Source: an uncultured Verrucomicrobiae bacterium | GTDB lineage: Bacteria; Verrucomicrobiota; Verrucomicrobiia; Chthoniobacterales; Chthoniobacteraceae | Direction: 5' to 3' | Length of the DNA: 42,582 nucleotides | NCBI GenBank assembly: GCA_963769025.1 | Contig: CAVYKI010000008.1 | Location: 1 to 42,582, forward strand | Shown here: positions 19,226 through 29,839 of the stretch, piece by piece | Layout: each line of letters opens with the position of its first letter | Position numbering within the stretch: position 1 is the first letter of the stretch | Program-made: the position numbers and the translations under genes | The notes under the pieces: model-generated | Seen by the model: only the letters and a program-made list of their open reading frames with translations | Told to the model about the DNA's origin: nothing | Databases searched by the model: none

Positions 19226-20105
19226 GCTTTGCGATTTCCTCCGACGAGACGCACGAACGCAGAGGCATGCCGTAGCTCGCGGTCACATTCTTGCCATCGG
19301 CGTTTTTCTCCTCGTCGAGGCTGGAGGTGATGCTCTCGACCTGGCCGACGACATTTCCGAATTCGTCCACGATCGGCGCACCGCTGCTGCCGGGTGAATA
19401 TTCCGCGGTGACATTGATGTAGAGCGAGGGCGCGAGCTGCGTTTTCTGCGGCGGTTTGTCGCCGTCGGTCGCGGCCTCGCGGTTGATGAAAAAGCGCGAC
19501 AGCATCCCGGCGGTGAACATCCAGTGGTTGCCATCCGGGTGACTGAGGCAAAAGACGGGGTCGCCGACCTGAGCGGTCCGGCTGAGCGGGAGTGGCGGCA
19601 GATCGAGGCCGGCCACGCGCAGCAGACAGGTGTCCGAATCGGTGTTCGATGCGAGGACCTCCGTGACGGGAAAGACGCGCCCCTTCACGTCCGCGACCAC
19701 GAGGAAGCCCTCCTTCATTTCCTCATCCTCGAAATTCACGACATGCTCGCAGGTGCTCACAACGCCATCGGCGGCGACAAAGCCGGACGCGCTGTCAAAA
19801 TGCCACTTTTTGCACTCGGTGCATTTGTAAAATGTCGCGACCACGACGGTGCTGTTGCGGACGAGACGGTAAACTTCCGACGGGCGGAGGCGCTCCTTGC
19901 GCGGCTCGGGGAGCGCCAGTTCGCAGTGTGCGCGCTTGAGCTGCGTGCGGAGTTTCTGGAGGGACACGAGCTTTCCCTGCCTGTGCAGCACGGTGGCGGC
20001 GGCGGTCGCCGTCTCTTCAAATGCCTCGTCATCCACGACGAGCCGATCCTCCGCAAACAGCGCGCAGGAGAAAACGAGGACGAGGCAGGCGGGAAATCGG
20101 AACAT
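19194..20105 (-). CDS. Secreted trypsin-like serine protease (S1 family)
   Basis: Signal peptide; SASGFV, TCEHV (His), DTCLL (Asp), SPGSSGAP (Ser), GNVVG. Confidence 0.88.
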   Translation of the reverse strand: MFRFPACLVLVFSCALFAEDRLVVDDEAFEETATAAATVLHRQGKLVSLQKLRTQLKRAHCELALPEPRKERLRPSEVYRLVRNSTVVVATFYKCTECKKWHFDSASGFVAADGVVSTCEHVVNFEDEEMKEGFLVVADVKGRVFPVTEVLASNTDSDTCLLRVAGLDLPPLPLSRTAQVGDPVFCLSHPDGNHWMFTAGMLSRFFINREAATDGDKPPQKTQLAPSLYINVTAEYSPGSSGAPIVDEFGNVVGQVESITSSLDEEKNADGKNVTASYGMPLRSCVSSEEIAKLIRPVAKRAK

Positions 20106-20282
20106 CGCCGGCAGCATCGCGAAGAAGTGCGGGCACGCAAGCATCCGCGGCACACTTGACGCCCGGTGGCACCTCAGGGATGCTACTCCATGAACAATCC
20201 CTTCGCTTCCACCGAGGGCGTTCACGACAAGCCGGTGCCGATGAACGCAGGACGCCGGCCCACGCCCGGCCGGACATTACCA

Positions 20283-21287
20283 ATGACTAACATGCAACGA
20301 ATTCTCATCGTCCTCCTCGCCATGACCACGACCGCCGGTTCATGGATGGCATTCCGATACCATGGCCAGCTCGCCGAGCGTGACGGGCGGATCGCGACCC
20401 TCACAGCGGAGCGAGACACCGCGCTCGCCGCGGAAAAGACCGCCCTCGCCATGACGGATCCCCTGAGGGAAAACGTCGATCGCCTCACACGCGAACGCGA
20501 TCGCCTTCAGGCGCAAACAAGGCCACAACGCGGACCGGATGGCGGACCTGACGCGGCCCCGCCAAATGCCGGCCCCGAGGATCCCAGAAGGCCGAACATG
20601 GGCGCATTCATCGCGATGATGAACTCGCCCGAGGGGCAGAAGATGTTTCGGACGCAGTCCGCCGCGAGGGTTCGCACGCAATATGCCGCATTCGCAAAGA
20701 AGATGAATCTTTCCCCGCAGGACACCACGGTGCTCATGGGACTCCTGGCCGACCGGCAGACTGCGATCGTCACCGCACGCGCCACGGGAGGAAGTGCCGA
20801 GGAGACTGCGGCGAGGCTCAAAGCCGTCGAGAGCGAATTTGGCGACAAGCTCCTGGCGACGCTCGGCCAGGCGGGCTACGACCAGTTCAGCGAATACGAG
20901 GGGTCGGTGCCGGAACGCACGGCCGTCAATCAGTTCGCGGACGAGTTCAATTCCGCCGGGACGCCGCTGGCAGAGGCGCAAAAGGAAGGCTTGATCGATC
21001 TGATGCAGACCGAGCGGGAGAATTCGCCCGCCAATCCGTTCGATCCCTCCAAAAACGATCCGGGTACCGTCCTGTCCTTGCTCAAGGACGATGCGACTTT
21101 TGCCGCATGGGAAAAGCAGCAGCAGGATTACCAGTCGCGCGTCCTGCAAAATGCGGCCAAGACGCTCTCGCCCGACCAGGTGAACACGCTCAAACGGGTG
21201 CTCGAACAGCGCACCGAGCGCGACAAGGCGGCCCTCCAGACATTCAAGAGCACTGGTACGCCGCCGCCTGGACCGCCGCCGCAGTGA
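20283..21287 (+). CDS. Hypothetical membrane-anchored coiled-coil/helical protein
   Basis: N-terminal hydrophobic anchor ILIVLLAMTTTAGSWMAF, coiled coil, helical repeats ending LSPDQV; Pro-rich tail. Start uncertain. Confidence 0.75.
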   Translation: MTNMQRILIVLLAMTTTAGSWMAFRYHGQLAERDGRIATLTAERDTALAAEKTALAMTDPLRENVDRLTRERDRLQAQTRPQRGPDGGPDAAPPNAGPEDPRRPNMGAFIAMMNSPEGQKMFRTQSAARVRTQYAAFAKKMNLSPQDTTVLMGLLADRQTAIVTARATGGSAEETAARLKAVESEFGDKLLATLGQAGYDQFSEYEGSVPERTAVNQFADEFNSAGTPLAEAQKEGLIDLMQTERENSPANPFDPSKNDPGTVLSLLKDDATFAAWEKQQQDYQSRVLQNAAKTLSPDQVNTLKRVLEQRTERDKAALQTFKSTGTPPPGPPPQ

Positions 21288-21317
21288 CGAGGGGGCAGCG
21301 CATTCTGCGTCGCTGAA

Positions 21318-22484
21318 ATGGCACTGCCTCTCCGATACAGCCTGCGCAACGTCTTCATCCGATGGCGCTCGACGCTGGCGACGGTACTGGGAGTCGCCGC
21401 TGTGGTCTTCGTGTGGATCCTCATGCAGGCGCTGGCGACCGGTCTCGAAACGGCCGGCGGCACCACCGGCGATCCGCGCAACCTGCTCGTCGTCCGCAAG
21501 GGGGCGGACTCCGAATCCACAAGCCAGATCAGCCTCGATGACCTGCGCTCCATCCAATACGCGGAAGAAATCGCACGCGACGAGGCCGGGAAGCCGCTCA
21601 TTTCCGCGGACACGCTCGTCGCCGCCTACCTCCAGCGCTCCGCCGGATCCGAGGGCGGCGCGAACGTAATCTTCCGTGGCGTTTCGCCGACCGGGCCGTC
21701 GCTCCGGCCGCAGGTGACGCTCGTCGCAGGCCGCTGGTTTTCGCCCGGCAAACGCGAGGTCACCGTAAGCGCCCGCCTCGCGAGGCGATTCACCGGGATG
21801 AATCCCGGTGATGAAATCAAGCTCGGCACGCGGACGCTCACGGTGGTCGGGCATTTCGACGCCGGTGGGAGCGCATTTGATTCGGAGACATGGATGGACT
21901 CCGACGAGGCGCGCGCCATTTTCAACCGCGCCAACTACGCCAGCCTGCTCATCCGTCCGGTGGATGCGGCCGCCGGGACGCGCCTGAAGCAGCGCCTCGA
22001 AGACGACCGCCGCCTCACCGTGCGCGTCGTCGCCGAGACGAGCTACTACGCCGAGCAGACGAAGACCGCGGGGCCGATCCGGTTTGCCGGGAATGTCATC
22101 GCGACCGTGATGTCCGTCGGCGCGGTCCTCGCGGCGATGAACACGATGTATGCGAGCGTCGGCGCGCGGACGCGGGAAATCGGAACGCTCCGCGTACTCG
22201 GTTTCCGGAGGCGCTCCATCGTCGGCGCAATCCTCCTCGAAGGGGCGTGTCTCGCCTTCGTCGGCGGCGTCATCGGCGGCGCAGCTTCGCTCGCGGTGAA
22301 TGGCTACAAGACGGGCACGTTCAATTTCCAGACGTTCAGCGAAATCGTTTTCGAGCTGACGGTCACCCCGCCCGTCATCGCAAAGGGCCTCGTCATCGCC
22401 GCGATCGTCGGCGTGCTCGGGGCGATGCTGCCCGCGATGCGCGCATCGCGCATGCCCGTGATCGAGGCATTGAAGGCGGTCTGA
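21318..22484 (+). CDS. ABC transporter permease (MacB/FtsX family)
   Basis: YSLRN..R..ST, periplasmic core with AGRWF, MNTMYASVGARTREIGTLRVLGF, C-terminal PAMRASRMPVIEALK. Confidence 0.93.
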   Translation: MALPLRYSLRNVFIRWRSTLATVLGVAAVVFVWILMQALATGLETAGGTTGDPRNLLVVRKGADSESTSQISLDDLRSIQYAEEIARDEAGKPLISADTLVAAYLQRSAGSEGGANVIFRGVSPTGPSLRPQVTLVAGRWFSPGKREVTVSARLARRFTGMNPGDEIKLGTRTLTVVGHFDAGGSAFDSETWMDSDEARAIFNRANYASLLIRPVDAAAGTRLKQRLEDDRRLTVRVVAETSYYAEQTKTAGPIRFAGNVIATVMSVGAVLAAMNTMYASVGARTREIGTLRVLGFRRRSIVGAILLEGACLAFVGGVIGGAASLAVNGYKTGTFNFQTFSEIVFELTVTPPVIAKGLVIAAIVGVLGAMLPAMRASRMPVIEALKAV

Positions 22485-22504
22485 ACCGCGTTACATTCGC
22501 CGCA

Positions 22505-23500
22505 ATGGACGCGGCCAAGTTGCAGACAATCAAAATCGCGGAAAGCCGCCGTCAGCGCTCTCCAGGCGCATTTCGATTCATCATCATCGGAGTCATCCTC
22601 GCAACCGCTGTCGCCCTTTTTGTTGCAAAACCGTGGGCCACGGAAACACGCGGCGCCGGAGGCAAGGAGGGTCGCACCGATGCGAAGGCGTCCGGAAACG
22701 CCTCGCCCAATGCCGCGGCCCCAACCCGCGAAAAGCCCGCGAGAGCCGGGGACGCGGTCCTCACCGTCAGCGGCTACATCATCAATCGCGAGCGGATCGA
22801 GATCAGCCCGCGCACCATGAACGAGGTGAAGTGGATCGGCGTGAAAAAGGGAGACCGCGTGAAGAAGGGAGATATCGTCGTGCGGCTGGACGACTCGGAG
22901 CAGCTGGCCCGCGTCGCGGAAATCGAGGGACAACTCGCCGCGGCTCAGATCGGAGTGGAACGCGCAAAAATCAATTTCGAGCGCGTCAAAAAACTCCGGG
23001 TCACGCACAACGAAACTGCCGAACGCGAAGACGAGGCAAGGCTCGCCCTCGCATCCGCCGAGGCACAGGTGCGCCAGCTCGAGGGCACGCGCGCCATGGC
23101 GCAGGTGTGGCTCGACTGGACGGTGATTCGATCGCCGATCGACGGCGTCATCCTCGAAAAGCTTTCCCATCCCGGCGAACTGGTGACGCCGCAGAATTTC
23201 GGCGGCTCGAGCACGCACGGCCCGAGCAACGCGCTGCTCTCCCTCGCCGACCCGAACGATCTCCAGGTCGAAGTGGACATCAGCGAGGCGGACCTCCCGA
23301 AAGTCACGATGGACCAGCGCTGCCGCGTCAGTCCCGAGGCGTGGCCGGAAAAAGTTTACGCGGGCACGGTCACGGAAATCGCGCCCGAGGCCAGCCGCCA
23401 GAAGGGCACGCTGCAGGTCAAGGTGCAGATCGAAAACCCGGACCGGTTCCTCACGCCCGAGCTGAGCGCGAAGGTCGAATTCCTGAAGCGCGGCGAGTAG
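22505..23500 (+). CDS. Efflux periplasmic adaptor subunit (MFP, HlyD/MacA-like)
   Basis: N-terminal TM, VKKGDRVKKGD lipoyl half-motif, coiled hairpin, IRSPIDGVI, VEVDISEAD, LTPELSAKVEF. Confidence 0.92.
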   Translation: MDAAKLQTIKIAESRRQRSPGAFRFIIIGVILATAVALFVAKPWATETRGAGGKEGRTDAKASGNASPNAAAPTREKPARAGDAVLTVSGYIINRERIEISPRTMNEVKWIGVKKGDRVKKGDIVVRLDDSEQLARVAEIEGQLAAAQIGVERAKINFERVKKLRVTHNETAEREDEARLALASAEAQVRQLEGTRAMAQVWLDWTVIRSPIDGVILEKLSHPGELVTPQNFGGSSTHGPSNALLSLADPNDLQVEVDISEADLPKVTMDQRCRVSPEAWPEKVYAGTVTEIAPEASRQKGTLQVKVQIENPDRFLTPELSAKVEFLKRGE

Positions 23501-25148
23501 CGCGGCGCGAGAACGCAACCACTCCACCTGCGAGCACGACGAGACCTGTACACCCGACGGCGAACACCGCGCCGTGCCGGGTGAAAAACGTCTCCGGCGG
23601 CGACTGTGAAACCATGATCCGACGCGTTGCGGCTCCCTGCGTGAAGGGCTCCAGCCAGCGGTCCACCCGGCCAAAGCTGTCGATCGACGCTGTGATTCCA
23701 TTGTTCGTGCAGCGCACCATCGGCCGGCGGTTTTCAATCGAACGGAAGACGGCGTCATTCATGTGCTGGGCCAGTTCGGCCGTTTGTCCGAACCAGCCGT
23801 CGTTGGTGAGGTTCACCAGCAGGTGCGCGCCCGCCTTCACCTGCTCACGCGTGATGTCCGCCCGCGTGTCCTCGAAGCAAATCAGCGGCCCGAGCTTCAG
23901 CGCCGGGCTCGCGAGTGAAAATACGCCGGCCGCCTTTCCCGGCTTGAAATCACCCGGCACAAGATGGCCCAGCATGCCGCCGAGCAACGGCCGGAATGGA
24001 AGGTATTCGCCGAAGGGAACGAGCTGCCGCTTGTCGTAAAATTGCGGCTCCATTTCACCGCTCCGGATGAACGCGGCGCTATTGTGGTCCTCGTCCACCG
24101 CGCCTCGGTTCGAGTCATCGGTCCCCACGATCATCGCGGGAACCAGCGCCGCGCGCTCCAGCATGAAGGCCAGCGTGGCTGCGTCGCCCATCATCCCGCC
24201 CGGCACGGAGGCCTCGGGCCAGAGCAGGACGTCCGGCGTGGTCAGCGCCGCGAGGTCGCTCAGCGAGCGCATCCGATCGATGATTTCCGGCCAGCGCTCG
24301 ATGTCGAATTTCCACTGCTGGGAAATGTTCGGCTGGATCGCGGCAACCTTCAGCGCGACGCCGTCCTCCGGCGTGCGCGGCGCACGGGTGAGCACATGGA
24401 CGCCGTGGCCGAATGCGAGGACGACGAGGGCGACGGTGACGGCGAAGTCGAAGTGGGGCCGCAGCCGGGTGCGCCCGATTTCCGCACGCACGCGAAGGAT
24501 GGTGATGAGGCCGATCGCATTGCACATCACGAGGAGAAAGCTGACGCCGCCCACGCCGGTGAACTCGGCAATCTGGATGAGCGCGAGTTCGCTGTGGAGC
24601 GCGACGCCGAGCGCATTCCAGCCAAAGCCCGAGATCAGCCATCCGCGCGTCCATTCCAGCGCGACCCACGCCGCGGCGCAGAAAATTGAGATCCCCAGAT
24701 TCCGGGTGGAAAGCAGCAGCACCGGACGCTCGAACGGGAGGAGCGGGTCCTGCGGCGGCACCGGGCGGAAGTGAGCGCCGGCGATCCACCCGGCCAGCCA
24801 CGCCCACGTGGCGGGAAAAAGCGCGAGGTAGGCCGCGAAGAGCAGCGGCAGGCCGTTCAGCACGGGCGACTCAAAGAGCGGCGCCAGTTCGGACAGCCAC
24901 CGGAATGTCGTCGCGAAGAAGACCAACCCCGTGACATACCCGAGTCCGAAGTGTACCAAGCCGCGCCTTTTCCCGCCCTGCGGAATCCACACGGCCATGA
25001 GCAGCGGAAACAGCGCGATGAATGCGAATCCACCGATGTCCGAAGGTGGAAAACAAAAAACGAGCAGCACACCGCTCGCCACCGCCGCAGCCCACGGCCA
25101 CCAGCGTGCAAAACGCGAGACATTGCCGGGCTTGGATCGATTCGTCAC
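23451..25148 (-). CDS. lnt: Apolipoprotein N-acyltransferase
   Basis: Multi-TM N-terminus, GFGWNALG, IQPNI, WPEAS, YDKRQLVPFGEYLP, ICFED, NLTNDGWF, RSIENRR, NNGIT. Start uncertain (GTG 25148 or TTG 25184). Confidence 0.95.
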   Translation of the reverse strand: MTNRSKPGNVSRFARWWPWAAAVASGVLLVFCFPPSDIGGFAFIALFPLLMAVWIPQGGKRRGLVHFGLGYVTGLVFFATTFRWLSELAPLFESPVLNGLPLLFAAYLALFPATWAWLAGWIAGAHFRPVPPQDPLLPFERPVLLLSTRNLGISIFCAAAWVALEWTRGWLISGFGWNALGVALHSELALIQIAEFTGVGGVSFLLVMCNAIGLITILRVRAEIGRTRLRPHFDFAVTVALVVLAFGHGVHVLTRAPRTPEDGVALKVAAIQPNISQQWKFDIERWPEIIDRMRSLSDLAALTTPDVLLWPEASVPGGMMGDAATLAFMLERAALVPAMIVGTDDSNRGAVDEDHNSAAFIRSGEMEPQFYDKRQLVPFGEYLPFRPLLGGMLGHLVPGDFKPGKAAGVFSLASPALKLGPLICFEDTRADITREQVKAGAHLLVNLTNDGWFGQTAELAQHMNDAVFRSIENRRPMVRCTNNGITASIDSFGRVDRWLEPFTQGAATRRIMVSQSPPETFFTRHGAVFAVGCTGLVVLAGGVVAFSRRATRRASGIRPSRSARA

Positions 25149-25212
25149 CGCAACGAGATGCCCTGCAACCGTTCCCGCTGCCAAGCCCGATGATCGCCGC
25201 CGCGCAAGCGCA

Positions 25213-25521
25213 CTACTCGCGCCGGACGCGCTTGCTCTTCTTCGCCGTCGGCTGCGGATCGAGCGCTTCCTTGAGGTCCTTGGAGTAGCCGGAGTTCACC
25301 CGAAAGTTCACATCCTCCATCTCCTCCTCGCTGTAAAACGAGTTCGAATCGGCATCCACGTATCCCTGCATCATGAGGCCGCGGATCGTATCGATCAGTT
25401 CGGCAATCTCGAGGTCCTGACACCGCGAAATCAGCGTGCCCCCATCGATTTCACCTCCCCCGATGCCGAGGGCTTTGATGACCGAGGTTTCGGTTCCGTC
25501 GAGGTTGATTTCACGTCCCAT
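25213..25521 (-). CDS. Hypothetical protein (102 aa), possibly winged-helix-like
   Basis: ATG start, host-like codon use, acidic core with basic tail KKSKRVRRE; lies between the phosphosugar mutase and lnt on the same strand. Confidence 0.8.
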   Translation of the reverse strand: MGREINLDGTETSVIKALGIGGGEIDGGTLISRCQDLEIAELIDTIRGLMMQGYVDADSNSFYSEEEMEDVNFRVNSGYSKDLKEALDPQPTAKKSKRVRRE

Positions 25522-25577
25522 GGGTTGGAGTCAGTTGTTGTGCCTGTCTAAGCGATTACCGAGCCACGCCGGAGGGA

Positions 25578-27533
25578 TTAGAGACGTTGTTTTACGTCCG
25601 CCTGAATCCACGCCCAAAGTCCGTCGAGCGACGCACGGGCCTCGGTCTTCACGGCACGAAGTTCTGCCGCCGCAAACCGCGCGCCCTTCGGATCGCGACG
25701 CACGAAGAGGTAGAATTTGATCTTCGGCTCCGTGCCGGACGGTCGCACCGCGACACGCCTCCCGTCGGCAAGATCGAACATCACCATCTTCTCCTTCGGA
25801 ATCACATCGCCTTCCACGTCCTTGAAAGTCTTCGTCAGGAAGTCGCGCGCGCCGGTCACTTTCGCGCCGTCCATGGCCTTGGGCGGGGTCTTCGCGTAGC
25901 TCGCGGCGAGCTTGGCGATCTTCGCCGCGCCGTCCGCGCCCTCGAAGGTGAGCGTCCCGTTTTTCTCCCAGTAGAATCCGTACTCCGCGTAGATTTCGTC
26001 GAGCAACGTGTCGATCGTCAGCCCGCGCGACTTCGCCCATGCGGCGACCTCGGCGAACATGACGGCTGCGGCGTTCCCGTCCTTGTCGCGGACGAAATCG
26101 TGCGCGCTGTATCCGTAGCTCTCCTCGCCGCCGGCGACGTAGTAGGTCGAGTGCTTCAGGCGGAGTTCCCGCGTCTCCTTCTCGCTGAGCTTGCGGTAAT
26201 TCGCCCGCGCAGCGGCGGGCAGCGCCGCCTCGTACTTGCCGAGCTTTTCGCCGATGTATTTGAAACCGGTGAGCGTCTCGACGCACCGCAGGCCGTGCTT
26301 CGCGGCGATCGCCTTTTGCAGATCGGTGGTCACGAACGTCTTGATGATCGCGCAGTTCGCTGCGTTCTCCGGCGTCATGACGCCCAGCTCGATGAGCTTC
26401 CGCACGCGGTAAGCTGCGATGAGCGAACCGATCTGGTTGCCGGTGAGCAGTTCCATCTCACCCTTCGCATTTCGAATGGCCACGCCCATCCGGTCACAGT
26501 CGGGATCGGTCGCCATCACGACATCCGCGGCCTCCTTCCCGGCGAGCGCAATCGCCATCGCGAGCGCCTCGGCATTTTCAGGGTTCGGCGATTTCACCGT
26601 CGGGAAACGTCCATCAAATGCGTCCTGCTCAGGCACCACCGTGAACCGGAAACCCAGCCGCTCCAGCATCGGCTTCGTGATGACGCCGCCGACGCCGTGG
26701 ATGCTTGTGAACACAATCTTCAGCCCGGATGCGGCCTTCACCATTCCGGGATCGAGCACGAGCGTCTCCAGCCGCTTCATGTAGGCCTCGTCGATCTCGC
26801 GGCCGAGCTTGATGCGCTTGCCCTGCTTCGCCTTCGGCAGCGGCTTGTAGCGATCGGTCCTGATGGCGTTCACCTTCGCGATGACCGCCCCGGCATGCGG
26901 CTCCACGAGCTGCGCGCCGTCGGCAAAGTACGCCTTGTAGCCATTGTCATGCGGCGGGTTGTGCGACGCGGTGATGACGATGCCCGCCGTCGCATTCGTG
27001 TGGCGCACGGCAAAGGAAAGCTCCGGCGTCGAGCGCGGCCCCTCGAAGAGCCCCGCGTCGCAGCCGAGATCCGTCGCGACCTTCGCGGTAAGCTCGGCAA
27101 ACTCGCGGGAAAAATGACGCGGGTCGTGCGCGATGACGATCTTCGGGCGACCCGGGAGCTTCTTTTTCCGGAACCACTCGTGCAGGTACGCCACGAGTCC
27201 CTGCGTCGCGCGGCTGATGTTGAAATAGTTCATCGCGTTCGTGCCGACGCATGGCTGCGCGGGCCGCTCGAGCTCACCTGCCCCGCCCCGCTCGGCGGCC
27301 GTCACCACGCGGCCGATCGTCCGGCCGCGGAGCCCGCCGGTCCCGAAGGCCAGCGTCTTGTAAAAGCGATCGACGATCTCGGTCCAGTGCCCGCCCTCCG
27401 CGAGTTGCGTGATGCTTTCCGCATACGCCGACGAATCGCCTGCATCGGCGACCAGACGGACATTTTGTGCGACGGACTCGATCAGCTTCGCCGTTTCGAG
27501 TGCAGCCTGCGCGGCTGGGGATGGTTTGCTCAT
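25578..27533 (-). CDS. Phosphoglucomutase/phosphomannomutase family phospho-sugar mutase
   Basis: FGTGGLRG, ITASHNP (catalytic Ser), TDPDCDR (metal loop), GEESYG, RPSGTEPKIKFY. Start ATG 27533. Confidence 0.96.
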   Translation of the reverse strand: MSKPSPAAQAALETAKLIESVAQNVRLVADAGDSSAYAESITQLAEGGHWTEIVDRFYKTLAFGTGGLRGRTIGRVVTAAERGGAGELERPAQPCVGTNAMNYFNISRATQGLVAYLHEWFRKKKLPGRPKIVIAHDPRHFSREFAELTAKVATDLGCDAGLFEGPRSTPELSFAVRHTNATAGIVITASHNPPHDNGYKAYFADGAQLVEPHAGAVIAKVNAIRTDRYKPLPKAKQGKRIKLGREIDEAYMKRLETLVLDPGMVKAASGLKIVFTSIHGVGGVITKPMLERLGFRFTVVPEQDAFDGRFPTVKSPNPENAEALAMAIALAGKEAADVVMATDPDCDRMGVAIRNAKGEMELLTGNQIGSLIAAYRVRKLIELGVMTPENAANCAIIKTFVTTDLQKAIAAKHGLRCVETLTGFKYIGEKLGKYEAALPAAARANYRKLSEKETRELRLKHSTYYVAGGEESYGYSAHDFVRDKDGNAAAVMFAEVAAWAKSRGLTIDTLLDEIYAEYGFYWEKNGTLTFEGADGAAKIAKLAASYAKTPPKAMDGAKVTGARDFLTKTFKDVEGDVIPKEKMVMFDLADGRRVAVRPSGTEPKIKFYLFVRRDPKGARFAAAELRAVKTEARASLDGLWAWIQADVKQRL

Positions 27534-27635
27534 GGCCCATCCATGCACAAGCCGCCGCCGCCGGGAAAGACCGGAGTTGGCAGAAGTGATTCCTCGTTCG
27601 ACATTCCGCTTCGCCGCGCTATCTACCGGCGCCTC

Positions 27636-28418
27636 ATGCCCGCCAACGCATACAAACGAATCGTCCTGAAATTTGGCTCCGGGATTCTTGCCACCGCCAA
27701 GGGCACGAACCTGGACCAGCGGCAGTTTGCCCGCATCGCCAAGGAAGTCGCCGTGCTGGCGGGCTCGGGACACGAGATCATCATTGTCTCCAGCGGCGCG
27801 GTGGCGGCCGGGCTCGGCGCGCTCGGCCTCATGTCGAGGCCCGAGGACCTCGCGACGCGCCAGGCCTGCGCAGCCGTCGGCCAGGGATGCCTGATGGCCT
27901 GCTACTCCGGGCATTTCGCGAGGCACAACATTCCGGTCGCGCAGCTCCTCCTCACGCACTCGGATCTGAACAGCCGGATCGCGTACTCGAACATCCGCAA
28001 CACCATCGGCCGCCTGCTCGCCAATCGCGTCATTCCCATCGTGAACGAGAACGACACCGTGGCCGTCGAGGAGCTGAAATTCGGCGACAACGACCACCTC
28101 AGCGCCGAGGTCGCCATCCTCGCCGATGCCAATCTCCTCGTCCTCCTCACCAGCGTGGACGGCCTTCTCGATTCCAAGGGCCTCACGCTCTCGCGTGTCG
28201 ATGACGTGGATACCGTGGGAAAATTCGTCCGGCAGGAAAAAGGCCGCCTCAGCGTCGGCGGCATGGCCTCGAAGCTCCAGGCCGTTCGCACCGCCGTGCA
28301 GGCCGGCATCCCGACCGTCATCGCCAGCGGCAGGAAGGCCGGCCAGATCATCCGCGCCGCATCAGGAAAACCCGCAGGCACCTACTTTCCCCCGCTCGTG
28401 CCCCTGCAGGCGCAGTAG
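27636..28418 (+). CDS. proB: Glutamate 5-kinase (no PUA domain)
   Basis: RIVLKFGS, VSSGAVAAG, QACAAVGQ, PIVNENDTV, FGDNDHLSA, GGMASKL; 260 aa. Confidence 0.96.
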   Translation: MPANAYKRIVLKFGSGILATAKGTNLDQRQFARIAKEVAVLAGSGHEIIIVSSGAVAAGLGALGLMSRPEDLATRQACAAVGQGCLMACYSGHFARHNIPVAQLLLTHSDLNSRIAYSNIRNTIGRLLANRVIPIVNENDTVAVEELKFGDNDHLSAEVAILADANLLVLLTSVDGLLDSKGLTLSRVDDVDTVGKFVRQEKGRLSVGGMASKLQAVRTAVQAGIPTVIASGRKAGQIIRAASGKPAGTYFPPLVPLQAQ

Positions 28419-28432
28419 AAAATCGCACCGCC

Positions 28433-29704
<1,272 letters not shown>

Positions 29705-29839
29705 GCGCAACGCGGTGAAACGCATCGGCTCGCGAGAAAGCGCCCGGGCCGGGCTCGGCTGCAAAACCTCAGCCTCGCGGCAGACAACGCCTGACCGCCC
29801 AAAGCTGCTTCATTGCAGCCTGGTAGCGATGAGGAGAGG

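Noticed and set aside
25587..28418. 943-aa ORF suggesting a large N-terminal fusion to ProB, and the 839-aa extended phosphomutase ORF
   Set aside because: Each extension is the antisense of the divergent neighbour; the real starts are 27636 (+) and 27533 (-).
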